Shown piece after piece: positions 9,831 to 19,587 of a stretch of 61,078 nucleotides of DNA (its first letter is position 1; each line of letters opens with the position of its first letter). Both the position numbers and the translations under genes were made by a program. Source of the DNA: a virus (Duplodnaviria; Caudoviricetes); IMG/VR virus record IMGVR_UViG_3300036979_000267, positions 1 through 61,078 of that record. One strand, 5' to 3'. The notes below the pieces were generated by a model, which saw only the letters and a list, made by a program, of their open reading frames with translations, searched no databases and was not told the origin of the DNA.

Positions 9831-11147
9831 TTATCGAAGTTCGGCCCATGTTGAAATTGCGGCTGAGTAGGTGACCACATAAGACGCACCAATAGGCACT
9901 ACAAAAGTAATGCCCCGCTGTTCTGCGTTACTCGCTGTACCACCAACTACAGAAATTCCGTTCACTACAGCACCATAACTGCCAGACGTTGCACATCCAC
10001 CGTTTACACCGACCTCGATGGGTTTTCCCGTTGTATTGTAGTAGGTTGTGCCAGATGTTCGACTACCTGTCACGTTCTGCCAAGTCTGCCCGTACCCAAG
10101 GCCGGAAGGCCCGGAGTGTGTCATCCACCCGGCACCACTGTAGTTGATAAGCGTCAGGGAATCTCCCAGCCCCATAGCGACAAGAGAGGTAGTTGTCGAG
10201 GTACCATTCGCGTACAGTATCTGACTCCCCTGTGTGGCTATGGTTATGGTACCAGCCGTATGGCAATAAAGCGTTATGACCTTGCCAATATTTGCAACAT
10301 CCGCGACGGGCAACGTCAACGTCATCGTCCCAGACACATAGAAGTGTTTGTTGTAATCTGCGGATGACAGGGTGGTATTCGCGGAAAAACCTGTCCCGGC
10401 GGAATATCGCGTATCGCCTGATCCCCAAGTAGGTGGCGCGTCGCCATTGGATTTCAGTACCTGCCCGGCCGTTCCGTAGTTGGCCCCACCGATACCCCAA
10501 GCCCCTGTAGTATTAATCCGAAATCTCTCCGAGCCGTTCGTATGGAACGCCATGGGAAGGTAAGTGCCGGTTCCAACAATCCCCGCCTCAAGAGTCGATA
10601 GCGTTCCGTTAACGCCGACATATGTGTATGAAGCGTTTGTCGCCCCGGAGGAGTTCAGAAACACTGCCCCGGCCGTCGGGCTCGTCCCGTTTGGGATAAC
10701 CCCTACTTGTGTGTATCCGTTTAGGGTGCTGCTCTGGAAACTTACCCGGTTGGCGACTGTTGTGTTGCTGAAGTCGCCAGTAATGCGGTTGCCGGTACCC
10801 GTAAAAATTAGGTCTTCCGGGTATGTTCCGGCCACTGCTGCAGCCATGACATCTGTAATCGCTGCCGCATTAAATCGCAGCGCGAAGGTGTCCCCAGCGT
10901 TCCACGCCGCTGCAGTGGTACCGTCTTGCGCGCGCGCAACTGTGAGGGTATCCCCTGTACGCGCGGTAACTTTTACAATCTCTCGTACCAGCGCAGCGTT
11001 CTCAATCGTGGCGTAAAAATACTCCCCCGCGGTGAGCGCGGGAAACAATGCCCCAGAGGCCCCGGTGATGGTGATGGTCGTTGCCCCGGTGGAAATTCCC
11101 ACCGTCAGTTTGGACCGTGCGAAGTTGGTGAATTTGATATTTGCCAT
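9831..11147 (-). CDS. Tail fibre protein
   Basis: N-terminal EIVKVTAR...ARAQDGT anchor; C-terminal GYGQTWQNVTGSR...YYNTTGKPI fibre tip motif. Confidence 0.8.
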   Translation of the reverse strand: MANIKFTNFARSKLTVGISTGATTITITGASGALFPALTAGEYFYATIENAALVREIVKVTARTGDTLTVARAQDGTTAAAWNAGDTFALRFNAAAITDVMAAAVAGTYPEDLIFTGTGNRITGDFSNTTVANRVSFQSSTLNGYTQVGVIPNGTSPTAGAVFLNSSGATNASYTYVGVNGTLSTLEAGIVGTGTYLPMAFHTNGSERFRINTTGAWGIGGANYGTAGQVLKSNGDAPPTWGSGDTRYSAGTGFSANTTLSSADYNKHFYVSGTMTLTLPVADVANIGKVITLYCHTAGTITIATQGSQILYANGTSTTTSLVAMGLGDSLTLINYSGAGWMTHSGPSGLGYGQTWQNVTGSRTSGTTYYNTTGKPIEVGVNGGCATSGSYGAVVNGISVVGGTASNAEQRGITFVVPIGASYVVTYSAAISTWAELR

Positions 11148-11155
11148 GTGTTACC

Positions 11156-11848
11156 TTACGCGAACGGCCGCATCTGCACGGCTTGACTATCAGTATTGTA
11201 TTCTTGCCCAGCCCGGATTGTGGCTTGGGAAAGTAAGTATGTCCACTGTTTGCCGTGGTAATCCGCCAGTTTGGGGTTAGACCAACTGCGTTCCGGCATG
11301 GCCATTAGCTCGTGTAACGTGCCGTGAAACAGTTCGCGTTGAAACTCGGCATAAAGCCATGTGGGCAACTCGGTCGCTGAGGTCGTCGGGCGCATGTACG
11401 CCTTGATGTAGACACTGCCTACGGCGTCGGGAACCGGCACAAACGAGGCATAGCCCGTCATGTTGGTGGTGATGAACTGCGGCCGTCCAGCGTCGTCCTG
11501 CGGCCACGAGGGGTGCCCCGCGCGAACGGCTTTGTATGGCTTCCACGTAATCGGGGTCTTCTTCCCCTCGGAGTCGATCAGATAAGCGTCAAAAATGTCA
11601 ATCACCTCTGCATAACTTACAGCGGATACAAGTTCGTATGTGGGCTCGGCAATCACTAGGGATAGCGGGATCAGGTCCAACGTCCACACCCTCCCGCGCT
11701 GGCACAGGTCAGTAGCCATTTTGCGCACTGTGCGTTCAATGGCAAGGTCTGGGCAGCCGGGTAGGAACGCGGAAAACTCTGGCGTCACCGTGGAAAAACT
11801 GGTGGTGGGGATTGCCGCGGATACCGCGGGGGTGATGATGATGGGCAT
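11156..11848 (-). CDS. Head-tail adaptor / tail tubular A-like protein
   Basis: 230 aa with PGCP and LMAMPERSWSNP motifs typical of podophage adaptors. Confidence 0.6.
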   Translation of the reverse strand: MPIIITPAVSAAIPTTSFSTVTPEFSAFLPGCPDLAIERTVRKMATDLCQRGRVWTLDLIPLSLVIAEPTYELVSAVSYAEVIDIFDAYLIDSEGKKTPITWKPYKAVRAGHPSWPQDDAGRPQFITTNMTGYASFVPVPDAVGSVYIKAYMRPTTSATELPTWLYAEFQRELFHGTLHELMAMPERSWSNPKLADYHGKQWTYLLSQATIRAGQEYNTDSQAVQMRPFA

Positions 11849-11849
11849 G

Positions 11850-12320
11850 CTAATTCTCCTCGCCAGTGGATTCGACCCATGTACCTTCGCGCACAGCCTT
11901 GATCTTTAGGTCGAGCGCCTTGACGCGCTGGTAGCCGAAGTTTGTAGCCAAGGACTCCGCAGGGATGCTGGACTCTAGGAACAGCAGCATGAACTCGCGG
12001 GTGGCACGGGGCAGTAATGTCTCGCGTTCTAGCTGGGCGACGCGGGCATTTATCGCGGAGAGCTTAATAGCCGCGACTACCTCCGGGTCTTTGGGCGTAT
12101 TGATGATGGTGCGAACTGCACCCACCAAAATATCGCTCACCCAGAAGTACCGGCTGTCTTCCGGCGTTCCCACGGTGATTACTTCCTCCAGCCCAAGATC
12201 AATTTTATCCTGTGGAGTAGACAGGTTCAACCAGTTGGCCGGGTATTGGGTGTCTGCAATGGTGAAGGGGTTGCCCTCGGAGAGATGCCGCGCAGAGGCG
12301 GCGTGGTAGTAGGTTGTCAT
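11850..12320 (-). CDS. Tail-fibre-associated protein
   Basis: YPANWLNLST...LGLEEV motif seen downstream of LamG/SPRY tail proteins. Confidence 0.55.
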   Translation of the reverse strand: MTTYYHAASARHLSEGNPFTIADTQYPANWLNLSTPQDKIDLGLEEVITVGTPEDSRYFWVSDILVGAVRTIINTPKDPEVVAAIKLSAINARVAQLERETLLPRATREFMLLFLESSIPAESLATNFGYQRVKALDLKIKAVREGTWVESTGEEN

Positions 12321-13687
12321 GGGTTAGCCTTGGCAAGTTGTTTGCGGAATGCGGATTTGCTGGCGGGCGTCAGCACTGTGGCGGTCCAAGTGTTTGTGCC
12401 AGCAGCGTTGTAGCTGGCCGAGGCCGTGCGCAGCTTGAAACCGTTGGCGAGCTTGTCTGCGTGTGTGCCAAACGTCACAGCGTTGCCGTTAATGGTCAGA
12501 GTCTCGGGCGCTCCGTTCATCCACACGAAGGGGCCATCTGCCAGAGCATTACCCGTGAAGCTGCCAGAGGTGGTGACGGTATCGCTGGTCAGGTTGCCCG
12601 TGTGCAGGAGTTGATACCCCGGTGTAATTGCGTTGGTGAACGGGCGCTGCCCGAAGTTGTAATCGCCAGCCGCAGAAGGGAACGCAGCCGGTGGCGTCCA
12701 ATTCTTGGTCACGCCGCTGATCTCAAAATACCAATTGCCCAAAGTTGGGATGATGGTGGGTAAATCAGTCGTTCCTGAAGCGGTTAGATTTCCATTAGTA
12801 AGCGTTGACGCCGTAGGAGAAAGCGGATTCAACGTGGCGTAATTCCCCCGCCCATTACCCCCATCAGAGTAGCGCGTAGGCACATCCAGCATGGAGTCGT
12901 AGGTTTCCCCGGCTGTGATGCTGATACCTGCGGGTGTCCAGTTGTTTGCGTTACCAGACCTGTCAAGACACAGGTTGGCCGTGCTGCTTGGGTCAGAGAA
13001 GTCGAGGTAAAAGCCGTTGGTTCCGTATGTTCCCGCGTAGGCGATGGGCGACCACTGGCCGGTCGCAGGGTCAGTCATACCGAAACTGGCGGGGGTCAGG
13101 GCTTGGCCGTCTACGAAGTTGACCTCGGAGAGGTAGCCGTCGAGGTGAGACCACACCGCGCCGTTATCGACTGCGCCCATCCGATGAATGTAGCTGGAGG
13201 AATTTACGGCCAACTCGTCATTCTGAGCCGTGTTGAGCGTGTTGGTAGAGAACGAAGTTATTCGTATGCCGTTTACATACAGCTTGAATCTGTCCTCCGC
13301 AGCCGCCAATGTTGTGTTCGTAGCAACCAGTACATGATACCAAGCGGACGGGTCGCGGTACGTCGCCGTAGTAACCTTGTCACTCCGTATGGCGTAATCC
13401 CAAAAGTCTGTAATTCTTAGAGCTGACTCCTCCGTGAACGAAAAATGCACCTGATTTATGGCGTCTCCAATCGACGGCAATGCGTAGAACAGGGTGTGCC
13501 ATTTCAACTTGCCCCGCTTCGCCCACCCACTCCACGTCCACGTTCTGCGGTCCCCCAGAATTGAAGCCGTTCTCTCAAGGTACGCTGTTGCGCTTGCACG
13601 AAAACGCAGGCTGCGCTTGATCTGGTACTCGGTACTCCCTCCTGCGCTACTCTCCAGCAACAATGGCGATGCGCTACCGGGGATCAT
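12317..13687 (-). CDS. Concanavalin A/LamG-domain tail or receptor-binding protein
   Basis: SLRF, TWTWSGWAKRG, RDPSAWYH, DGYLSEVNFVDGQALTP and YGTNGFYLDF motifs. Confidence 0.8.
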   Translation of the reverse strand: MIPGSASPLLLESSAGGSTEYQIKRSLRFRASATAYLERTASILGDRRTWTWSGWAKRGKLKWHTLFYALPSIGDAINQVHFSFTEESALRITDFWDYAIRSDKVTTATYRDPSAWYHVLVATNTTLAAAEDRFKLYVNGIRITSFSTNTLNTAQNDELAVNSSSYIHRMGAVDNGAVWSHLDGYLSEVNFVDGQALTPASFGMTDPATGQWSPIAYAGTYGTNGFYLDFSDPSSTANLCLDRSGNANNWTPAGISITAGETYDSMLDVPTRYSDGGNGRGNYATLNPLSPTASTLTNGNLTASGTTDLPTIIPTLGNWYFEISGVTKNWTPPAAFPSAAGDYNFGQRPFTNAITPGYQLLHTGNLTSDTVTTSGSFTGNALADGPFVWMNGAPETLTINGNAVTFGTHADKLANGFKLRTASASYNAAGTNTWTATVLTPASKSAFRKQLAKANP

Positions 13688-15009
13688 TTCACGTCCCCTA
13701 TCAGTTTGGTCGTGATGCGCGTGGCGCTCTCGACGTAGTACACCAGCACATCCACGGCATTGGCAGTTGTGGTCAGCGAGGGTGCTGTACCCGCCGCAAA
13801 CTTCCAGTAACTGCCATATGCCAGCGTGCGTGAGCCAGTGGCGTCCTGTGTGATGACGATGGAGCCGGACTGCCCTGCCACAACATTGGTCGGGTTCGCC
13901 AGTGTGCGGTTGCCCCCGATGGTGAGCCTGAAGTTATTGCCGAGCGCGAGGTTGGTGGCGACGCTTGCTGCATCCGTCAGGGCCACCGGCGTGCCGCGTT
14001 GGGCCGCAGTGAAAGATTGTGGTACACCCGTGTCGCTCGTGCTACTATTTTTCCACAGCCCGGTGGCCGCGTCATACTGCAAAAGTTGCTTGTTTACCGG
14101 AGTTGTAATCAGCACGTCGTGCAGTTCGCCGATCTCGAACCCATTTTGGACGTGCACGAAGATAGAGCCGTTGCTGGGGTTGCTGATAACGCACCAGCCC
14201 AGAAGTACACCATGGTTGGGCGCCGTGGGTCGCACGTTGGTAACCGCGCCTGCCGTCGATGCCGATAGCCACAACGCATCGCCTTCGGCGAACGCAGCGG
14301 TGTTCACGTCACGCAGAAGGCCGGACGTAGTAGCGAAGCCCTCAGCATTGTTGCCTATGGGTTCCGCCACGAGTGCGAAGGTGCGGCTGGATGTCGCGTC
14401 GGACGTGGCCAATGCCAGCGCCGCACTCAGGCGCTGCCCCTGTGCCCCAATGACGTAGACCGCCTGCATCTTGGTAAACGCCACACCGGTCTTGTTGATG
14501 ATGTGTGTGACGCTCTCCTGCCCCACCTGCAACGTGACATTGCCGCCCTTGAGGCGCAAGTCAGCAGTGCCGTCCGTGTCGTTCCATGTGAACCGCCCCA
14601 CTGCGTTGGCCGCCGGGGCGGTGGTAGAAAGCTGCACCCCGGTGAATCCGCCCAGCGCGGGGGTCGTGCCCCCGATGGGAGTGCTATCCATGGTACATAG
14701 GGTAATCCCTACCCCAGTGATGTCGTCGTCCACCAAATCCGTTGGGTCCTCAAAGAGGACATCGGTAAGTACCGCCGAGTTGTACCCGACCTTGGCTACA
14801 GTAATGTCGTAGCGCCCGTCCGCCGCGTAAAACTCAATCAGGCCAGTGATACTGCTCTGAAAGGGGTTTGTCTTGGCTAAACCTGCGTTGGTGCTGTATA
14901 TGCTGGCCAGTGTGGCCGTACCAGCGAGCGTAACGGTGACGGTGGCGGTGGACAATACCTCCAGCGCGCTGCCATTGGTAGTGGCTACAAAGTCGGAATA
15001 TTTTCTCAT
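13684..15009 (-). CDS. Tail fibre / spike protein
   Basis: N-terminal NPF...FYAADGRYDI; GELHDV repeat; C-terminal GQSGSIVITQDATGSRTLAYGSYWKF domain. Confidence 0.75.
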   Translation of the reverse strand: MRKYSDFVATTNGSALEVLSTATVTVTLAGTATLASIYSTNAGLAKTNPFQSSITGLIEFYAADGRYDITVAKVGYNSAVLTDVLFEDPTDLVDDDITGVGITLCTMDSTPIGGTTPALGGFTGVQLSTTAPAANAVGRFTWNDTDGTADLRLKGGNVTLQVGQESVTHIINKTGVAFTKMQAVYVIGAQGQRLSAALALATSDATSSRTFALVAEPIGNNAEGFATTSGLLRDVNTAAFAEGDALWLSASTAGAVTNVRPTAPNHGVLLGWCVISNPSNGSIFVHVQNGFEIGELHDVLITTPVNKQLLQYDAATGLWKNSSTSDTGVPQSFTAAQRGTPVALTDAASVATNLALGNNFRLTIGGNRTLANPTNVVAGQSGSIVITQDATGSRTLAYGSYWKFAAGTAPSLTTTANAVDVLVYYVESATRITTKLIGDVK

Positions 15010-15653
15010 TGGATTACCTCTTCAGGGGGTAGTCCGGCGGTGCCCACATCGGTAATGCGCCGGGAAGTCAGGCCAGCAGACAAGCCGGACATAAAGGAGT
15101 CTTGGTGCATCTTGGCGCTGCCGGATTCCACATGCTCGGCGTCGATAGACTCCATAAGCCACACGGTGCCGTCTGTGATGACGGGGGAGTACACGTCCTG
15201 CATCACGATGGTGTCCGTGTAGGTCAGGGTAGCCGGGCAGCGCGCATATGTGATGGTGAGCGTGTCTACCGCGGTGGCCGCCGGGTACACATAGAAACGG
15301 TTGGGGTCTCGGGGGTATCGCATCCAGTTGATTGCTGGCCCGGACGCGAGGGCTTCCCACGTGGGCACCATCATGTCCAGCACCTCCTGAGATACTTCCT
15401 TGATCGCCCGACCGTTCGTGTTGGACAGCGCATCCAGAAGGCGAATGGAGTCGGTGGGGGCAGTCTGTAGGCTGCCCGCCGCACAGGTGAGAGACTCCAC
15501 AACGACAAAAAGGTCAGGGCGCAGGATGGCCGCGCGGCGCATGACTTGGTTCAGCTTGCGGACGATAAACCCATCGCTGTAACGATACGGGATCACGGTA
15601 TCCTGTATCTCGTCACGAACGTCCGCGACTATCTCAGCGACGGTAAAGCTCAT
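15006..15653 (-). CDS. Head-tail adaptor / connector protein
   Basis: Position after the capsid block; ILRPDL and DPNRFYVYP motifs. Confidence 0.6.
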   Translation of the reverse strand: MSFTVAEIVADVRDEIQDTVIPYRYSDGFIVRKLNQVMRRAAILRPDLFVVVESLTCAAGSLQTAPTDSIRLLDALSNTNGRAIKEVSQEVLDMMVPTWEALASGPAINWMRYPRDPNRFYVYPAATAVDTLTITYARCPATLTYTDTIVMQDVYSPVITDGTVWLMESIDAEHVESGSAKMHQDSFMSGLSAGLTSRRITDVGTAGLPPEEVIQ

Positions 15654-15868
15654 GGCAGGCCTCGGCTCGCTTCTTCGGAGATCATGGCGTCATCAACAGC
15701 TACGACTTCTGCCTTGGGCTTCGCCCGGCGGGGCGCGCGGACCTCAGGGTCAGGAATTACCCGGGCCTCCACATTGATAATTTCCTCGAAGTCTGGGCGT
15801 TGCGCAAATACGTCTTGGTACACGTACAGGACGCCGGAGGGGATGTGTCGAAGCATTCGGTCAGCCAT
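15650..15868 (-). CDS. Hypothetical protein
   Basis: MADRMLRHIP... with GGAG RBS just after the terminator. Confidence 0.55.
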   Translation of the reverse strand: MADRMLRHIPSGVLYVYQDVFAQRPDFEEIINVEARVIPDPEVRAPRRAKPKAEVVAVDDAMISEEASRGLP

Positions 15869-15878
15869 GCGGGTCTCC

Positions 15879-15910
15879 AAAAGAAAAGGGGTGCCGTTGG
15901 GCACCCCTTT
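15879..15910 (-). terminator. Rho-independent terminator after the capsid/decoration genes
   Basis: AAAGGGGTGCC-4 nt-GGCACCCCTTT stem followed by TTTTCTTTT on the minus strand. Confidence 0.8.
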
Positions 15911-15932
15911 ATTCTACGCCGGTTTTACGCGG

Positions 15933-16400
15933 TTAGGTAGCGGAGGCAGCTTCCAAGATGCGGCCGAACACGCGGACGCGATACTTGCCTGCGCCTGCGC
16001 CGCCAGTCAGCACTTGCAACTTGATAAATCCAGAAGCAGTGGTGTTGATCAGCGAGTTAGCCGCAGTAGCCAGTTTCACCAGCTTGGTACCCGCAGCAGC
16101 GTCAGCAGCCCATGCGGTCAGACCCGTGACGGCCGTACCGGCCGCAGCAGCGGCGCCAAGGGTGATACTGAATGTGGACGAAGCAGTACCAGCCTTGACG
16201 GTGGTAATGGCAGCGCCCTCAATGACGACGCCCGCGTATGCTGGGAACTCGAACAGGTCAGCAGTGTCGTTGGCCACGGTCGAACGCTTGCTGCCGTCAA
16301 ACTCATACTCGACGTAGAAGGTGCCGGGAGTGCCTTCAAAGTCGGTGCCAGCGGGGTTGATGCCCACGGTGCGCAGTTGCGCGATTGTGTAATTTGCCAT
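15933..16400 (-). CDS. Capsid decoration / minor capsid protein
   Basis: 155-aa beta-rich Ala/Thr ORF directly after the capsid gene, with highly biased codons. Confidence 0.6.
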   Translation of the reverse strand: MANYTIAQLRTVGINPAGTDFEGTPGTFYVEYEFDGSKRSTVANDTADLFEFPAYAGVVIEGAAITTVKAGTASSTFSITLGAAAAAGTAVTGLTAWAADAAAGTKLVKLATAANSLINTTASGFIKLQVLTGGAGAGKYRVRVFGRILEAASAT

Positions 16401-16426
16401 GATGATTCCTTGAAAAAATGAACGTC

Positions 16427-16448
16427 AGAAAATGGGCCGAAGCCCATT
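16427..16448 (-). terminator. Hairpin with UUCG tetraloop after the major capsid stop (weak terminator or stabiliser)
   Basis: Minus strand AATGGGC-TTCG-GCCCATT-TTCT. Confidence 0.6.
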
Positions 16449-16452
16449 CACT

Positions 16453-17370
16453 TCATTGACGGACGTAAAGGCGGGCCAGAGCCTCACCCTTGACCACTTT
16501 GTATCCGTACACCTGCAGGCCGCGGATGATGTTTCCGAAGGTGGATTCCGCACGGAGGCTTTCCATCTCGGTCATCTGCGAAGCGAATGTCAGACCCATC
16601 TTGTGGCCAGCAACGACGCTGAAGCACTTGAACGTGGAATCAGTCACGCTGTTCAGGTTGTGGCTGGAGTACAGGGTGAAGCGGTCGATCATGCCCAGAC
16701 GACCATTGCGCAGAACAGAAGAACTGTCGCCGGTCAGGGAAGCGTCCTTCAGGTCGGACTTCTTGATCATGCCTGCCATCCATGCAGGGATAACCATGAA
16801 GCGGCCAGACTCAGGACAGTTGGCTTCGTCCAACACGGTACCAGCGTCCACCAACAAGTCCAACACGTTGGTCTTGGTAACCTGCACTGGGGAACCAGTG
16901 GCGCCGAGGTTGATCGACTGGCTGATACGGCCTGCGGCAGTGCCGAGGTTGGTAGCAGCGATATCGGGCAACATGCCAGTCAGGATTTTGGCGTCGATCT
17001 GGATTTTCATCTTTTCAGATGCGTCCTTCGACCATGCGTCCATCAAGGCGATGTCTGACTGCACTTTGTCCACGTCTTCTTCGATGCAAGCGAAGTATTC
17101 GCCTTGGTCGATTTCCAGCGTGATCTTCGGCTTGTCAGGGCGTTCGACGGTCAGGTTCATACCTTTCTGGTATGGGCGGATGGTGACTTCAGGTGTCAGA
17201 CGAATCTGGACCTTGTCGCCGTGGGCCTTGATCTCGCCTTCGTAGTCAGTGTTCGAGATTGCTGCGAGCACGGTGGCGTCGTAGAAGTTCTCGATCAGTT
17301 TGGAAGACCAGATTTCTGGGATGAAATTGCCGGAGTAGTTTGCACCACCGGCTGCTACAGGAAATGGCAT
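16453..17370 (-). CDS. Major capsid protein (HK97 fold)
   Basis: FIPEIWS, NTDYEGEI..GDKV, NGRLGMIDRF and RGLQVYGYKV motifs; follows scaffold. Confidence 0.9.
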   Translation of the reverse strand: MPFPVAAGGANYSGNFIPEIWSSKLIENFYDATVLAAISNTDYEGEIKAHGDKVQIRLTPEVTIRPYQKGMNLTVERPDKPKITLEIDQGEYFACIEEDVDKVQSDIALMDAWSKDASEKMKIQIDAKILTGMLPDIAATNLGTAAGRISQSINLGATGSPVQVTKTNVLDLLVDAGTVLDEANCPESGRFMVIPAWMAGMIKKSDLKDASLTGDSSSVLRNGRLGMIDRFTLYSSHNLNSVTDSTFKCFSVVAGHKMGLTFASQMTEMESLRAESTFGNIIRGLQVYGYKVVKGEALARLYVRQ

Positions 17371-17390
17371 CTGAATTACCTCTTAAAAAG

Positions 17391-18425
17391 TTATGCGGCG
17401 CGTTGGACAACACGTCCTTCGCGCTGGGCCAGAAAAATGTCACGCTCGATTGCTGTCGCCTCGGCGGCACGGTCCTTGTACACGCCGCGCAGCTTGTCCC
17501 GATAGAACGCTGCGATGTCGGCTGGGGTGTACTGCTTCTCAGCTTTCTGTGAAGGGGCTGCAGTCGATGCGGATGCACGACCGGGGGCCACCTGCTTTTC
17601 GAGCTTCGAGGCATTGGACGGAACTGCCGGAGCGGCCGCTACGGGCGCGGTTTGAACTCCTGATTCACGTTTCCATGCTTGGAAAATGCTCACAACACGT
17701 TGGAGGTCTAGTGCCTGTTCAGCATCCGCGAGATAGGTCTGGCGCTGTAGTCCAGTCATATCATCGGGGGTCAGAAGCCAGTCGTGGAACCGGGAGTCAT
17801 CGTTGATACGAGTCCAATCCGGTACCGCACGTGTCAGCTTGTCCGCGAACGATTGCTCGGCCGTGGCTTGCTGGTTGGCTACGACACGCTGCACGGTGGG
17901 GGCCATACCTTGCAACTGCTCCATCCGACGGTTCAAATCGTGCAGGGCCTGCGCGATAGGAGCCATCTCTTCCCGCGTCACGCGCCGGGCAAAGTCCACC
18001 ATCTCCGAGCCGTACTCGGTGACATCGGTGTCCGTTACCAAACGGGACTGGGTGTGCTGCGCTTGTGGCGCAGCAGAAGCGTTCTGCAAAGAGGCGACCA
18101 GTTGCTCAAGGTTGGCGGTTCGTGCTTCGGATTCTTGCAACTTGCGGTTGACCGCGTTGACAATTCCTTGCTGCGAACGCCAGCGCTGTGCGTACGTGGG
18201 GCTGTTTTCGTCCTCCGCCGAGGTGGCGGTTTCTCCCTGCATGCGCGCAGGCTCTTGTTGCGTGGCAGCAACGGCTGCAGGTTCTGGAATGGCTTGCGCC
18301 GGGGCGGAACCTTCGACTTCGGTAGGGGTTGCTGGGTCAGCGGTTCCGGCATCAGGGCCGTAGTGCTGCTCAATAATCGCCTTGGCGTCGTCAACTTGCT
18401 TCTGGATTTGCGCGGGGAGTGTCAT
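17391..18425 (-). CDS. Capsid scaffolding protein
   Basis: Ala/Gln-rich coiled coil with VPDW..IN...F..WL motif, directly upstream of capsid. Confidence 0.75.
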   Translation of the reverse strand: MTLPAQIQKQVDDAKAIIEQHYGPDAGTADPATPTEVEGSAPAQAIPEPAAVAATQQEPARMQGETATSAEDENSPTYAQRWRSQQGIVNAVNRKLQESEARTANLEQLVASLQNASAAPQAQHTQSRLVTDTDVTEYGSEMVDFARRVTREEMAPIAQALHDLNRRMEQLQGMAPTVQRVVANQQATAEQSFADKLTRAVPDWTRINDDSRFHDWLLTPDDMTGLQRQTYLADAEQALDLQRVVSIFQAWKRESGVQTAPVAAAPAVPSNASKLEKQVAPGRASASTAAPSQKAEKQYTPADIAAFYRDKLRGVYKDRAAEATAIERDIFLAQREGRVVQRAA

Positions 18426-18457
18426 TTTGTGTCCTTGCTCACTTGCTAAGGGGAAAG

Positions 18458-18649
18458 TCAGGGCCTAAGCTGCTGCAGGAATTCTGTCAGCATTTGCACC
18501 CGGCCTTTAAGGGTGCAGAAATTGTCGGGGTTCGTACGGGCCATCGCTTCCAACTCACTCTGACGCAGGCGAGACACTAACTCGACGAACTGTCGGTTGT
18601 GTTGCCCTACTTGCGCGAATAGCGCAGCGTCGTCAGGAGCGAGAAGCAT
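18458..18649 (-). CDS. Hypothetical protein
   Basis: 63-aa ORF ending LKGRVQMLTEFL, a type often found between portal and scaffold. Confidence 0.55.
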   Translation of the reverse strand: MLLAPDDAALFAQVGQHNRQFVELVSRLRQSELEAMARTNPDNFCTLKGRVQMLTEFLQQLRP

Positions 18650-18655
18650 GGTGGG

Positions 18656-18976
18656 TTACGAGCCTTTGATAACCAAGAAGGTGTATGTGCCCGCAGTGGG
18701 GGTCAGCGGACCCGCAGTGGGATTCACGAATGTCAGGCGCAGGGTGTTGGCGGCCGATACTTCGGCGCCGGTCAACGCTACGGCGTTGGAAATGGGGTTG
18801 GTGAGGGCGATAACTGAGTCGCCTACGTTCAGGCCCGCAACGGTCAACGTCTGCTTGGCGGCCACAATAGTTGCAACGGCAGCAGGGGTCAACGAGAGCG
18901 ATACCAGCGAACCAGCGGCCACGGAGGTCACGGTAGGCATGTTGAGTTGCGTGGGGGTTAGAACTTCACGGGACAT
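18656..18976 (-). CDS. Small beta-rich structural protein
   Basis: AGLNVGDSV...VSAANTLRLTFVN pattern; start at MSREV. Confidence 0.55.
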   Translation of the reverse strand: MSREVLTPTQLNMPTVTSVAAGSLVSLSLTPAAVATIVAAKQTLTVAGLNVGDSVIALTNPISNAVALTGAEVSAANTLRLTFVNPTAGPLTPTAGTYTFLVIKGS

Positions 18977-19011
18977 AACGATCTCCAAAAATATAACGTA
19001 AATGTACTACT

Positions 19012-19587
19012 TCAACGTCGCCTGTCAATAGTAACACGAACCACAGCAGCAACTTCGGCGTCAGATAAATTGCGAATACCCTGCCCAACGGCATTCCCGT
19101 GGGCAGAAAACGACGTAAATGCGGCCAGAGAGGCCCGCCCGGCGGCCACGGACGCGGGACGGTTCCCCGAAGTAGCGTTTCGGTTACGCGCGCAAGCCGC
19201 CGTGGCACCCCCCGCAGAATCCGTTGGGGACACGCGCGTGCGTCCCATGCACCCCACTACTGTCATAACCGCATAACCCTTGGCCCGAAGCGCGCGAACC
19301 TTGGACGTGGCTCGGGTCGGTACGCACATCACGGCACCCGACATCATCGGCATTGCGTGCGGAACTACTGCTCCTTTGCCCGTGGCGGAGCGCGCGTGGG
19401 TCAGTGCCTTGGCCGACAGAACCATGGCCCGGCCGTCCTTGATGCGCTGCAGCTTCAGGGTGTTGGTAGACTTGGGGCGGCGCGTTGTACCACCCCCGAC
19501 GATGTAGTCCAGTAGACCTTGCGTGGCTAGCTGAATAGCCGAGAACCCTATACCCTGTATGGCTACGACGCGGGCGTTCAGGCTCAT
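19012..19587 (-). CDS. Hypothetical protein
   Basis: 191-aa ORF coupled to the upstream gene. Confidence 0.5.
   Translation of the reverse strand: MSLNARVVAIQGIGFSAIQLATQGLLDYIVGGGTTRRPKSTNTLKLQRIKDGRAMVLSAKALTHARSATGKGAVVPHAMPMMSGAVMCVPTRATSKVRALRAKGYAVMTVVGCMGRTRVSPTDSAGGATAACARNRNATSGNRPASVAAGRASLAAFTSFSAHGNAVGQGIRNLSDAEVAAVVRVTIDRRR

Noticed and set aside
9831-15009. Diversity-generating retroelement or invertible tail-fibre switch
   Set aside because: No reverse transcriptase, invertase, or template/variable repeat pair seen.
19251-19272. CCCACTACTGTCATAACCGC resembling the CTACTGTCA boxes and 35209-35222
   Set aside because: Isolated copy inside a late CDS; short enough to be chance.
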